A DNA stretch of 64,000 nucleotides, from contig OX597816.1 of assembly GCA_951406725.2 (NCBI GenBank), forward strand, positions 94,550,001 to 94,614,000, in the 5' to 3' direction. This DNA comes from Octopus vulgaris (Eukaryota). Shown piece after piece: positions 40,158-52,865 of this stretch; the stretch's first letter is position 1; each line of letters begins with the position of its first letter. A model generated the notes under the pieces. It did no database searches. It worked only from the letters and a program-made list of their open reading frames with translations, and had not been told where the DNA came from. Made by a program: the position numbers and the translations under genes.

Positions 40158-41658
40158 AAAGCATTCGAAACAATCCCAATTTGAAATGACTTCCTTCAGT
40201 TACAACTAACCACATACACAATATTGTACACCCCATTATGACCGACATGCCTATAACAATTAACATCTGTTCTCTATTCTCACATCATTTTCTAAAACAA
40301 CGTAATTAAAGCTTCAAAATATAAGAAATCTCTTTATGTCGTGTTTATTTTCTATCGAATTTTTATTAGCATGGATCACATATGGTGATTTCAAAATCCT
40401 CCTGAATTCTGTATTATGCTTTCACAAACGAGTCGAGTTTTATTTTTATGTCGTCATGTCATCTTCAATGGATCCTGATAAAAATGGTCGGACTTCGAAC
40501 TAAATACCACGTCTCTCTACGTTCTAAGTCCAGATATCGCTGTTTGCGATTTCACTTTGTCTTTCTGCTAGTGTTAATTTTTACGTACGTATTCAGTTGA
40601 ATAATCCTATAAACTAGCATTAATATATTTTTGCTGCGCTATTTTGACCTATCATTTTATTTAACACACGTGATAGCCTGTGTCACCACAGCTATTTAAT
40701 TCTACAAGATTATATATTTCACGTTTTCCCCCAAAAGTTCATTTCTGAACAAAGCTACATTTCACGATTCGGGGACTCATTTTGTTGACGGTCACGATCT
40801 GATAATGAAACCATTTGTTTTGTTGTGGTCTTTTTATTGGTAGAGAACATTTTGGCTTGACACCGTTTGTCAACGTGAATCAGTGGGATGTAGTTTCCTT
40901 CTTTCCTATAAAATATTAAACTATTGTTTTAAGTTATGTGCCAGTAATTTAGAATAATATTTGTACTCCTTTAGATTGAAGTATCATATTATTTACATCA
41001 GGATTAAATTCTAACTCCGTCTTTAACTTTAGCAAATAACATCTCGATAGTAAACAACTTTGGGTTGATGTTTTAATTCTGTTATATAGGCATAATACTT
41101 AAGTGAGAATTAAATAGGAAGTTATATTCTTTTTTTTTTTAACTCTGAATGATTAAGCAATGTAGCAAAACTGGGAATTATCGATAGGTTTCGTGCTTAA
41201 CTCAAAATAGTAAAAGTAGTAATAGCATTTACTTTTGACTAGGCACAAGGTCACAGATTTCTGATGGAGTGAAAAGAGGTGGTGCAAGGTTCATAACTTT
41301 TTCTCATAAACCTGAGTTAAATAAATTGGCTACTGCAAATCAAATCCGGTTTGTCACTTATCTTTTATTGCATAACATTCATCTAGTATAATTCAAAATA
41401 TTAAGACAAACACAACGATCGAGTGGTAGATATAATGAAACAACGTTTTACCTTGGAGAATTTAATTTTCCCCATCAACTTTCAGTTCCGCTTTCTTCCC
41501 TTTGAGATCGATTTGGTAAGCATGCCATGTACTGGATCAGTTTAATTGGCTAAATTCCTCTCCCTCAAAAATTAGTGACCTTGTGACAATTTATGAAATG
41601 AATATTAAATTTGGCGCACGTTTTCGATTCCCAACCGATGCATCGCATCTTTTTTAAA

Positions 41659-41845
41659 GGCGCCGAGCTGGTGGAATCGTTTGTACATCGTGCAAAATGC
41701 TCAGTGACATTTTGTTTGTATCAAGGTTCTTAGTTCAAATTCCGCCTAGGTCGATTTTGCCTTTCATCCTTTCGGGGTCGATAAAATAATACCAGCTGAG
41801 CACTAGGATCGATGTAATCGACTTACTCTTCTTCCAAAATTTTGA
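41659..41845 (+). mobile_element. Family-C (Nin-like) SINE
   Basis: ggcgccgagctgg..agttcaaattcc..gtcgattttgcctttcatcctttcggggtcgataaaat; CpGs well retained. Confidence 0.8.
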
Positions 41846-43799
41846 AGTTGGCGCTTTTTCGTTTGTCAGAAGTTAGTATTTTCCTGGTGAAAGTGTTTAA
41901 TAGAAAAAAACCCCACGAAATTTTTAAAATATTGACAGTTCTCGGGTCTTAAAATGATTTTTCAAATCCATCATTATTTATTACAAATGAAATGTAGATC
42001 TCACATCTTAAAATAAATATTCAAATTCATCATTTAGAAGATCAGGACACCACATCAACTCGATTAAATGAGAATCTAATAATGTGGGTTGAGTTCCCAT
42101 GACTTGTTTATTTCTTTTTGAGTAATTCCTCTCTGATTCAAAATGGTTTGTAGTTGAATGTATAACTGGATCAACAAAATGCAGGGAATACTTGATCGTC
42201 AGTCACTGAAAACAATCTGATAGATGGTGTTATAACACCTAGAGATTGCTTACAACCATTGTTTTCAGAAAACATGAGGTTGTAATATATCTAATGGTGT
42301 TGCACTTGTTATGCCATCTACTGCAGCCAGAAAACAGCAGGGACCAACTTCAAGACATAATGATTCTACTTCTCTTCTGTTATTATTGGATAGTTAATAG
42401 CCATTCTTTTTTCACGTTTATTAAGAATGAAATCCAACTATTTGGTGGATCTAACTTCAATAATGGGTATGTCATACTAAATGATTAATAATAATATCTA
42501 GCCAGCATTCTACTGCCCACGGGTTTACTTTTCATTCCTTAATAATTTCAATTTTAGGAAAACACATTCACTTTTGACCCAGAGAGCAACTGTTTTTGAC
42601 AAGATGAAACCCTGAAAATGAAGTTAAAATAAATTCGTGTCTGTGAATTACTTCATTGGTTTAGTAAGTCAATCTGAGAAAATATGCTTTTCTTTTGTTG
42701 CAGTACGTTTAATTTTGATTCATTAAAATTCTCGTACAAATCTTTAGCATTCTGAGTTGAAATTCTACTCAGATAAACTTTACTCTTCTTTTATCTGAAG
42801 ATGACAATATAATGCATCAGTCGATTACTGCATTGATTTATATTCTTATAATGCATCCTAGATGAAAACGAAATTCTAACTGAACCCCTTGTTAATTTAA
42901 CAACTATGTCAACTAATCAATTTTCTGGCCAAAGTATATCAAACATTATAAAAATTTCAAGGATTATCTACATGGTATTTAAAATTGTTAAAAGTAGAGA
43001 AGATGGTACTTATAATCTATGCAGACTTTGTGAGATGTAAGTGATGGATGATAAAATTTGAGTATCTGTAGGTCAGCCTCTACAGGGAGAGAATTCTGAA
43101 GGACTGCAGTTTTAGGAGGGGAAGCAAAAACATTTAGTTAGAGACCTAGATGAGGCACAGGGAAGTAAAATTGTGATGTCCCTTCAGTTTTATTTTACTA
43201 TCTCAGTTGCTATACTTATACTCATCATAGATTATAATTACAAGATGCTGTATTATTCTATTTACTGCTCTACAATACTCTAGTTGTACATATTTCTCCA
43301 TTGTACTTCCTCATTAAATTTTGAAATATTCAAAGTCAGTATGACAATAAAGTTAAGTACAAAATGTCAGCAATTTGGTGACATTTTATTTGGATCTACA
43401 TATTGGTTGATATTTCATACCAAGATGATAAAACTTAGTAGAGCAATACAGATGGCCAAAACAGAAGAACATTTGACTTGATACTAGCAAAGATATTTTA
43501 GCTCAAATCCTTACAGAGTCATAAAATATGCAGCAATAGCATCTCTTACAAAAAGAAGTACTTCAACTACAAATGTTGTCCTGACAGTAATGCTAAAGTG
43601 GGCATGACTTTATTATTAATAGACATAAGTTTAGTAGAGTAATTCTTCCTTCTTGCTTTGGTACTGCTCAACATAGTCTCCGTTACAAACAATGTATGTG
43701 TGCCATCACTGAACTGAACACTTGAATCTTCCTTGAAAAGAAAAATCAGGTGTGCACTGTTGTATCCTCTTCTTCACTGCCAATTTAGATAATGTAGTA

Positions 43800-44492
43800 G
43801 TCATCATCATTCAATGTCTGCTTTCCATGCTGGTAAAATTTGTTGGACGGTTTGACATGGAGCTGGTCAGACTCTCAATTGTCTGTTGTGGCATGGTTTC
43901 TATGGCTGGATGCCCTTCCTAACACCAACCACTCAACAGAGAGTGTTGGGTGGTTTTTATGTGTCACCGGCATGGGTGCATTTATTCAGCACTGGCATGG
44001 ATGTGTTTATGCAGCACTGGCATGTCTGCTTTTTATGTGGCACCACCACCTGAAAGGACATGACTGTAAGTGTGGAAGACAGCGATTTTGCTCAGCTTGA
44101 CGTGTTTTATCAACTGCAGCAAATCGCCACATCTCCCAATCCCTTGTCATTTCTTCAGTGAGGCCCAGCATCTGAAGATCCTTTATCACCACCTTGTCCC
44201 ATGTCTTCCTGGGTCTACCCCTTCCACAGGTACTTTCCACAATTAGAGCTTGGCACTTCTTTGCACAACTGCTCTCATCTGTACTCATGACATGACCAAA
44301 CCAGTGCAGTCTTCTCTCTAGCACACATCTGATGCCTCTTATACTCAGTTTTCCTCTTAAATCATTTGCATAGTCTCGTGCATGCAAATGGTTTAAGACA
44401 AAAACTGGGTATAAGGGGCATCAGATGTTGTGTGCAAGATTGCACTGGTTTAGTCATGTGATGCATATGGATGAAGACAGCTGTGTAAAGAA
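43800..44492 (-). mobile_element. RTE LINE 3' fragment with an inverted 5' duplication
   Basis: ORF 44007-44387(-) RRLHWFGHV..GRGRPRKTWDKVV; 44397-44491 is an inverted copy of ~44262-44362. Confidence 0.85.
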
Positions 44493-45792
44493 TACTTTTA
44501 CTGAGTCTGTCATTAAATCATTTCAGAAGATTGCCCTTCATTAGACCAAGTAGGTGGACGTCAGAGGGTGGGGGCACTGATCAACCTAATATATCAAATG
44601 TCTGATTTATTGCTAAAGATGTGTGTAATTACATATTGTCATGGGGAACTTGGATTGTTTTTCAGATTCTTATTCAATCTTTTCTTTCTAATGTCTTCTA
44701 GCTGTTTGAGTGTTTCATGGTAACTTTGTCATCCAAATTAGAGTCAACATGACTTGTACCAATTGTTAACTGTTGAACTTCTTAGATCTTGGAAAAGAGA
44801 TGTGACACACTATTCCATAGACAGAGATTTTGTTTTCAGATCACAAAGATATGGTAGTGTTTCATTAGCTTCAAATACTTCCAGCAGATCAAAGCAGACT
44901 TCCACCATTCTTTCCTTTAGATCAGGTGTCAACTGCTGATATACTCACTTTGCAGACATGTTCCAGTATCCAAAGTTTTCCACCATCTATGATACAATCT
45001 GAACCAATTATGTTGCACAACCAAGGTATTAAAACAACAAAACGCATCTAATATACAGAAACAGTCTCTAAACTAATTATGTCTGAGTTGTGATTAAGAA
45101 ATGTTACTGTTATTTCAGCTAAATTATGTTTATTCTTATAAAAACATTTAAGTACTATGCTACATTCATCAATTTATTCATAGCTTAAACATAGTTGTCA
45201 GTTGACTAATTAACTCTAAAAACTTAACGGGAACATACTTTGTAAATGCTTTTATCCAGAACCCGATGATGTAGAAATTTTAAAATTTTGAAAATATAAC
45301 ACTATTTTAGTTTGATTATTGGATATTTTGGACAAAAATAGGAAATAAAAATGCTAAAATCGGTGTAATATGAAAGAGAATTGAAGAGTTCATTCTTCAT
45401 GTCTGATCACACAGGTACTTTATCAAAATTGCTGGGCTTACTTTACTGTCCTGAAGTAAATATACCTCTGTGTATCACAGCATTATTTATTTAGTTTTTT
45501 CTTTAAAGATACGGTTATATTGATAGATATTTTTCATCTTACTGTTTCCTTTCATGCTCTTGCAGTAAAACTATTTTTACTCTACAATATATTTAACTGC
45601 AGTTAATGGAGAGATAACAGATGGTTTCTGCAGGAAATTGGATGCAAACTAATCCAAGTCTTTAATGACATGATAATAATAAAAATAATTCATGCTAGCC
45701 TAGAAAATTGGTGATAATGATCACAATTTAATTTTGAATATTTTTCTTATTTCTTGCAGTATTTCTAGTTCCATGTGCCTGAAGCCAGTGCT

Positions 45793-46780
45793 ATGCCATC
45801 TACCAGGAGTACAAGCTTATCTGATGATGACAGGAAACCGAATACAAGATCAAAGGGAGGGGGCAAGTCCTCACCTTGGCATGGAGGTAAAAACTCTCTA
45901 CACTCATCTACAAAAACTCCTGCAAAAGCTACTTCAAAAGACAACAGGAATGAATCTGCTAAAACTATGTCAAAGGGTTTGACTTCAAAGAAAGTTCTCT
46001 CCTCTAAAACGAATTGTGAAAGCAGCAATGAGAAGTCAAAATGTAAAGTCAGTATCACACCTGAAGCAAAAGATGTAGAGTCTGAAGTGCCTGCTGAGGA
46101 CCAGTCATTACTTTTACCTAATTCTGAAGTTCATTCAGATGATAAACAACAAAACACAACGATTGACCCTCCTCTAAATAAAACATTTCCAGATCTTTCT
46201 GCTCAAAAAACAATCACAAAAGACAATAGTGACTCTTCAGACATTCCTGTGTCTTTGTTGCTGGACTCCAAGATGTCACCTTCCAAAGAAATCAATCATA
46301 TTAATGGAAGTGTTTTTCAAGAGAAGAGTACACATTTAATTAGCTTCTCTGAAAAGTGTAATACATCTGGGATTCTTGCTACTAAAGAGACCACTTCATT
46401 ACAGTCATCTGATAAATTACTTGGGGAAGGTTCTAGACCTTCCTCTTCACTTTGTACATTATCTAATCAGATGAATGAGCAACTTGAACCTACTACAGAC
46501 TGTGTGAATGAGCATCTTTCTGATTCTTCTGGGGAAGTCCACAATGAGGTAGCTAACTCAAACCAAACCATCAGTAATAAAAAGAATAATAAAGTGTGTG
46601 ATAATAACCCAGCTACTGCTACTAAATTGAATAAGTCTACAAACAACAATGAATTAGCTCAAGAATCCTCTGATGGAATTACAGTTCGAAAGAGTGGACG
46701 TAGGAGTATTCCAAATCGTAAATATTTGGACATGGAAACAGATTTCAGTTCAAGGAAATCCAAATCTACTACACCTACAG
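45793..46780 (+). CDS. Multi-C2H2 zinc-finger protein, coding exon 1 (spliced CDS 4656 nt, ~1551 aa)
   Basis: Open S/T/K-rich frame starting MPSTRSTSLSDD; in-frame TAG at 45766; donor acag|gtaagc, phase 1; basic RKSGRRSIPNRKY motif. Start codon uncertain. Confidence 0.85.
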
Positions 46781-47174
46781 GTAAGCATGTCTTATTAGAA
46801 TGGTTGTGATGGTGAAGAGAGTACAGAACCAGACTAGAGATATTATAACACCGAGTCTGGTACCAGACTCAGTTGTTGCTTTCATTTTTCTGAATGTATC
46901 AAATAACAATAAATCTAGTTAAATTTTTAGAGATTAAACACTTAAAAAAAAGTAGTTGAATGTAGTCAAAATTGAAACATCTTTAATGTTTATTGTCACT
47001 ACCACTTAATTAGCCTTCTTTCTAAAGTTAGCAAGATCTTTGGTCTTTGATTAATCAGATTCTTGTCTTGCACCTTGAATCACTTGTGTTTTCTAACAAA
47101 CCGTACAATTACTCTACATCATTCTCCGCTACTCAACTTCTGACTGATAAATGAACAGTCCTGTCATCTTTTGA

Positions 47175-48260
47175 GAATTATTGTGAGGCAAGTATTGTTG
47201 CTCTTGACATTTTGAAAGCATTTGAGAAGATTTGGCATACTGGTCTCCTACACATGCTTAAGTTATATAGAATTTCTGGAAGCATCCTTAAATTTTTCCT
47301 ATATGAACATAGCATTACAATAACTCTAAATGGTCATCGCTCTTTTACTTCTTTGCATCTAATGTTTTCCTCTAGTTTCTGTTCTTCATCCCGATCTTGT
47401 TCTTAGCTTTCATTAATGCTCTTCTGGATGATATCTTGTCATCTTTGCTGAGAGCACTTCTTTGTATTTTTGAATGAATGAAAAGCTTGATTTGTCTCAT
47501 TGGGTGAAAGTGGCTGGTTCTCTTGAGCTCAACTTTCACTTGGTGACTGATTGGGATGCATAGTGATTGGTTACTTTAAGTTTTAAACTTCTTTCCATTA
47601 ATTGTTAAAGGAACTTTGATAATGTTCCTATTTCTGTGTCTGATAAACTTCTTCCTGAGTTTTCAAGTTTTCACCTTTTTGATTTAACCTTTTCAAAAGA
47701 TATAACTTGATATGATTATATTAGATATGTTGACAAATCAGCTGTTATGAAATTTAGATATCTTTATTGATCACATCATTATCTTTCCTTCAAATGTTAT
47801 TAATCTTTATGTCTCGTATTTGTCCTTATATGAAATGCAGTTATCATGTTTGGGCTGGTGCCCCTGCTAGTGTTCTTTTTCCCTTTGATTGAGTTCAAAA
47901 GTGATTTAATAACATTATTAGTTTTGTTTTAACAGCTAAACTTACCCTGTTTCTCATTTCTGTAACACTTCCTCTTTATCTCTGTTCTTTAAATACTTCC
48001 ATAGTTATTGTTCTGTTGAGTTTTCTTCTCTGTAGGTTACTAATCAAGTGGTTCACTTTTCTGTTAATTCTTATCCATTAACTTTAGTTGTCCCCTCAAC
48101 GTGTCTATTCTAGTAGTTTCTTTCCTTGAAAATCTGACTTATAGAATTCTCTTCCTTCTTTTGTCCCAGATAAATATGATCTTAATTTTTTTTTAATTTT
48201 GTGTTGACCATTTTATGATTCTTAGAGCTTCTTCCCAGTCTTTTTTTTAACTCCTGACAT
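47175..48260 (+). mobile_element. Degenerate CR1/Jockey-like LINE RT fragment
   Basis: VALDILKAFEKIWHTGLLHMLKLYRISG remnant; many stops downstream. Confidence 0.65.
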
Positions 48261-49941
48261 ACTAAGTGATTGCATTATTTGAGATCTGTTTCATTGCTTG
48301 TTGGTGGCTGCCTTGGGAATGATTAAAAATAAATAAATTACAAGAGAGATGGCAGAATTAATAGAGGGCTTGAGGAATGCCTTGCAGTATTTAGTTATAT
48401 CCTTTTACATTCTGAGGTCAAATCCTACAGGGGTCAATTATATAAATAATAGTCAACTACTGGGTCTGATTTAATCAACTTTTATAGTTTGAGACAAAAA
48501 AATTTGCTGGTGGAACAAACCCTTTAAGAATAGTGAATGGGCTGGATTTCATTTTCTACATACATGAACTTGGTGTGGGAAAGGAGTTTCATGGGTCTGC
48601 AGTGCAATAGTATATACCCAAAATATTGACAACCCTTGCATGAAATTGAAAACATGGAATAAGTTGGATGCTGTTTCATTGTATTTTCATGAGTTGGGGG
48701 AACATAACTAAAATGTATTTTAAACAAATTATTGGTGATTAATTGACGACCAGTTAACTTTTAACTAAAAAAAAAAAAAAAAAATTTGCTTTTTCTGCAA
48801 GAAGTTTTTGCTGTATTAGAATAGTTATTTGTTTTTTGTCACATTTCACTGCACATATCCTCCCACTTTCCTGTTATAATGTTGTAGCTCGTTCATCTCA
48901 CATGTTACATTGTTATATTCACTCTCTTATATGCCATTGTTATTGATACAATCTCCCAAAGACTAAGTTTCCTCTCAAGGACCAGCATATACTGCAGCCC
49001 TGACCCAAACTCAGTTAAGAACCTCAGAGTACTACTCACATATATGAGACCATGCTTCTCCTCTACACACAAAGATCAAACCAAAGAAAGCTATTCAGCT
49101 GATTAGCGAAAGATTCACTCACATCTACTAGCTCACAGATACAGTTTCGTTTTCTGTTATTATATTGTCTCTGCTCATTTGAGTTGTTAAGCTGCTTTCC
49201 CCATCCAATTAGGCACCTGCAAAACTTGTCTGCCTTTCTATCATTACCTATTGTATTTCACCCTTCAGATCATTACTACGCACTTTTGCCCAATCCTTCC
49301 TCTCAAGAACTGCAGCCCTTTAAGATTACTTTCCTGTCAATATTTTACCTATAGACATCAATCTAAATCAGCATTATTAATCTGAAATTCTGTTTGAAAA
49401 GATTTGCACTCTTATTACTTTACTGGAATGTTTTGTTATTTATTTAAAAGCACCCTTTGTAAATACTCTAACACACAATGGAAGGTACCAGGATCCCCAG
49501 GAGTAAATGTAAATTTGATGATGAACTAACAAGGTATATTGTCTAACTTATCCTGATATGTTTTACAAACAGTAGGATGCAGGCTTATGGTGAATGACAA
49601 GGGAACAAATCAGTCAGTAGTTGCAATAACCTTCATATGACCTGCTAGAAACAGCTACCAAACCTTCCTCATATCACATGCAAGCATCTTTAAAAGAAGC
49701 GGAAGGACATATTCAATAATAGAATGTGTGACTAGACAGTCACAGTGCAGTCTATTTGGGATATTGCCATTGTTGGTGGAATCTCTTTTGTTCACGATTC
49801 ATTTAATCTACAAGGTTTCAGCATGACCACAGTCCATTGAACAAATAGTAATTAAAGAAAAAACAAGTGTAACTCATAAAACATAAGTAGGGAATTCAGA
49901 AGAGTGTTTTGTGCCTTTAAAAAAAGTCATACCTTAGCTAA

Positions 49942-50500
49942 ACATCATCGTCATCATCATTTAGCATCAGCTTTCCATGCTAGCATGAGGGAAACAGTTT
50001 GACTGAAACTGGTAATCTGGAGATCTGCACCAGGTTCCAATCTGATTTGGCATGGTTTCTACAGATGAATGCCCTTCCTAACATCAACCACTCCAAGAGT
50101 GTAGTGGGTGCTTTTTACATGCCACTGGCATGGGTACCACTTACATGACACTGGTATTGGCCACAACTTCGATTTCACTTGACTTGACCAGTCATGTCAA
50201 GCATGACATATTACTAAAGGTCTGGGTCACTTATCACCACCATCAGGCCAACATTTGAAGGGTGCTTTTTACATGCATGGCACGGGTGCCTGTTATGTGA
50301 CACTGGCATCGGCCACGACTATGGTTTCACTTGCTTTGATGAGTCTTCTCAAGCATGGCATATTGCCAAAGGTTTCAGTCACTTGTCATTGTCTCTTTGA
50401 GGTCCAACATTCAAAGATCATGCTTCACCACTTCATCCCATGTTTTTCTGGGTCTACCTCTTCAACAGGTTCTTTCCACAGAGATCAGCACTTTTTTACA
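49942..50500 (-). mobile_element. RTE LINE 3' fragment
   Basis: (ATC)n tail and the same 3' UTR as 16065-18060, reverse strand. Confidence 0.8.
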
Positions 50501-50705
50501 CAGATAAAAGTTATAAATGTATTTTCAAAGGTAAAACGAAGTCTCAAAATAATAAGTCACAGAATCAGTTAAATGAACTTCTATAGATGATGATGATTAA
50601 GCAAAGGTCGGTATATTTACAAAAGAAATAAGATGATGATAACTTATCATCTAGAATTTGCATTGTCTCATTAACAGTGAGATCTCGTAAAAGTCATTTA
50701 TAATT

Positions 50706-50849
50706 CTGTTACGTCTGGGGAGAGTCATTTTCTTTTTGTGCCGTATTATGTAACACACTCACCTGTAAAATTTCCACTTTTTTTCTTATTTTTATTGTCC
50801 TAAAATTTTCATTGCGTCTTGCAACCCTTACAATAGTTTTGACTCTGTA
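50706..50849. mobile_element. Family-D element, second copy, with a 12-bp target-site duplication
   Basis: tcatttataatt at 50694-50705 and 50850-50861. Confidence 0.8.
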
Positions 50850-51079
50850 TCATTTATAATTTCTATCATCAATAAACAAGCAAATTGAGTGATTTATATA
50901 ATTTTGTTAATGTATGCTTTATAAATAATTAGAAATTATTTTCTATTTGTTGATAATGTATTTTATATGCAATCCAAAATTTGATCTAGTTTTGTAAGTA
51001 ATCTATTATATACTTTTCAAAATTAAGTTTCAAATTTACTCTAAAACCCCAAAAATCCACTGAATTTTATTCTATTTGG

Positions 51080-52460
51080 CATCATTATCATCATCATTGT
51101 TTAATGTCTGCTTTCCATTCTGGCATGGGTTGGATGATTTGACTGAAGACTGGCAAGCCAGGAGGCTGCACTAGGCTCCAATCTGATCTGGTAAGGTATC
51201 TACAGTTGGATGGCCTTCTTAATGCTAACCACTCCGAGAGTGTACTGGGTGTCTTTTACATGCCACCAGCATGGGGGCTAGTCAGGTGGTACTGTCATCG
51301 ACTACTCTCAAATTTTGCTTTTTACATGCCACTGGCGCAGGTGCTAATCATAACTACGGTTTCACTTGACTCAACAGGTCTTCTCAAGCACAGCATATTG
51401 CCCAACGATTGAAAGGTATTTTTAAATGGGTCAGTTATGTGACACTGGCATAGGCTACAACTATGATTTCACTTGGTTTGCCAGGTCTTCTCAAGTACAA
51501 CTTATCTCCAAAGGTCTTGCTCGCTTGTCATTACCTCTGTGAGGCCCAACGTTTGAAGGTTGTGCTTGACCACCTCATCCCATGTCTTCTTGGGTCTACC
51601 TCTTCCACAGGTCCCTTCCACTATGCAACACATGACCTTACCAGCGCAGTCATCTCTTTTACACACCACATCTGATGCTTCTTATGTACAACTTATCTGT
51701 CAGAGCACTTTCACTATGTTGTGTATGCACACTGACATTACACATCCAGTGGAACATACTAGCTTCATTTCTTTCAAGCCTATGCATGTCCTCAGCAGTC
51801 ACAACCCATGTTTCACTGCCATGTAGCATAGCTGTTTGCACACATGCATCATACAGTCTACCTTTCACTCTGAACAAGAGGCCCTTTGTTATCAGTTGAG
51901 GCAGGAGCTCTGAACTTTGCCCAGGCTATTCTTGTTCTAGCAGCTACACTCTGAAGGCATCCACCATGCTACTGACTTGGTCACCTACGTGATGGAAGCT
52001 ATCAACTATCTCTAGTATTTTCCCCTGGCATGTGATGGAATCTGTTTTCTATACATCTTTGGTGTTTATTGCCCCTGTGCATCTGCCACACACAAAACTA
52101 TCTTCCCAGTTAACCTTCCTTTGATATTGCTGTGCCTCTTAATATGTCCGTAACTTACACCAAGTACATCTTATGGAGTTTTTACCTATGCCTTTTCTAC
52201 AGATTGAGCAGGGCCATCTGCCTGAAGGGATTTGTGATTTGTCTTCCTTCCTACTTACTATGACTTTGGTTTTTGCTAGATTGACTCTAAGGCCCTTTAA
52301 TTCTAGACATTGCTTCCACACCTGAATTTTCTTCCCTAGTTCTGGTAGTGACTCAGCTATTAGAGCAAGGTCATCAGCACAGAGGAGCTCCCCAGGTTAT
52401 CCTGTCTTGAATTCCTCTGTTATTCCTTGGAGGACTATGATGAATAAGAGGGGGAGCATT
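51080..52460 (-). mobile_element. 5'-truncated RTE-type LINE
   Basis: ORF remnants LELKGLRVNLAKTK..SGRWPCSICRKGIGKNSIRC and RVKGRLYDACVQTAMLHGSETW; (ATC)n tail. Confidence 0.88.
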
Positions 52461-52639
52461 GACTCTACTTACATTGTTTCATTATTTGCTCTGAAAGTAT
52501 TTTTTTATATACCTAAAAAGTTAAACTTGGATTAAAATAAAGTAGCATACTGTTTTTTTATATATAAATCCTCAGTTTTTCTACAATATTTTTAAAGTGG
52601 TTCTTAAACATTTAATTGAAACATTAACTCTTGTTACAG

Positions 52640-52700
52640 AAAAAAAGCCTCCAAAATCTCCACAAACTACCAAAACATCAAAAGCTGCTCAAAATTCTGG
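52640..52700 (+). CDS. Zinc-finger protein, coding exon 2 (61 nt)
   Basis: ttacag|EKKPPKSPQTTKTSKAAQNSG|gtaag; phase 1 to phase 2, exactly bridging the flanking exons. Confidence 0.85.
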
Positions 52701-52865
52701 GTAAGATATTTTCTATTTACATTTCAGTTGTTCATTAACAAGCTCATTGTTGTTCCCTTCTAAAACTAAAACTGATTGCCTTATTTTATTTTTTAAAGCT
52801 ATCTTATTCTACCAATAACATTTGAGATTTATATTTTTATATTTATTTTTTATTTTTTATTTTAG

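Noticed and set aside
52822-52865. Hydrophobic signal-peptide-like start of the 652-aa ORF (MRFIFLYLFFIFYF)
   Set aside because: It is the polypyrimidine tract of the intron; the exon starts at 52866.
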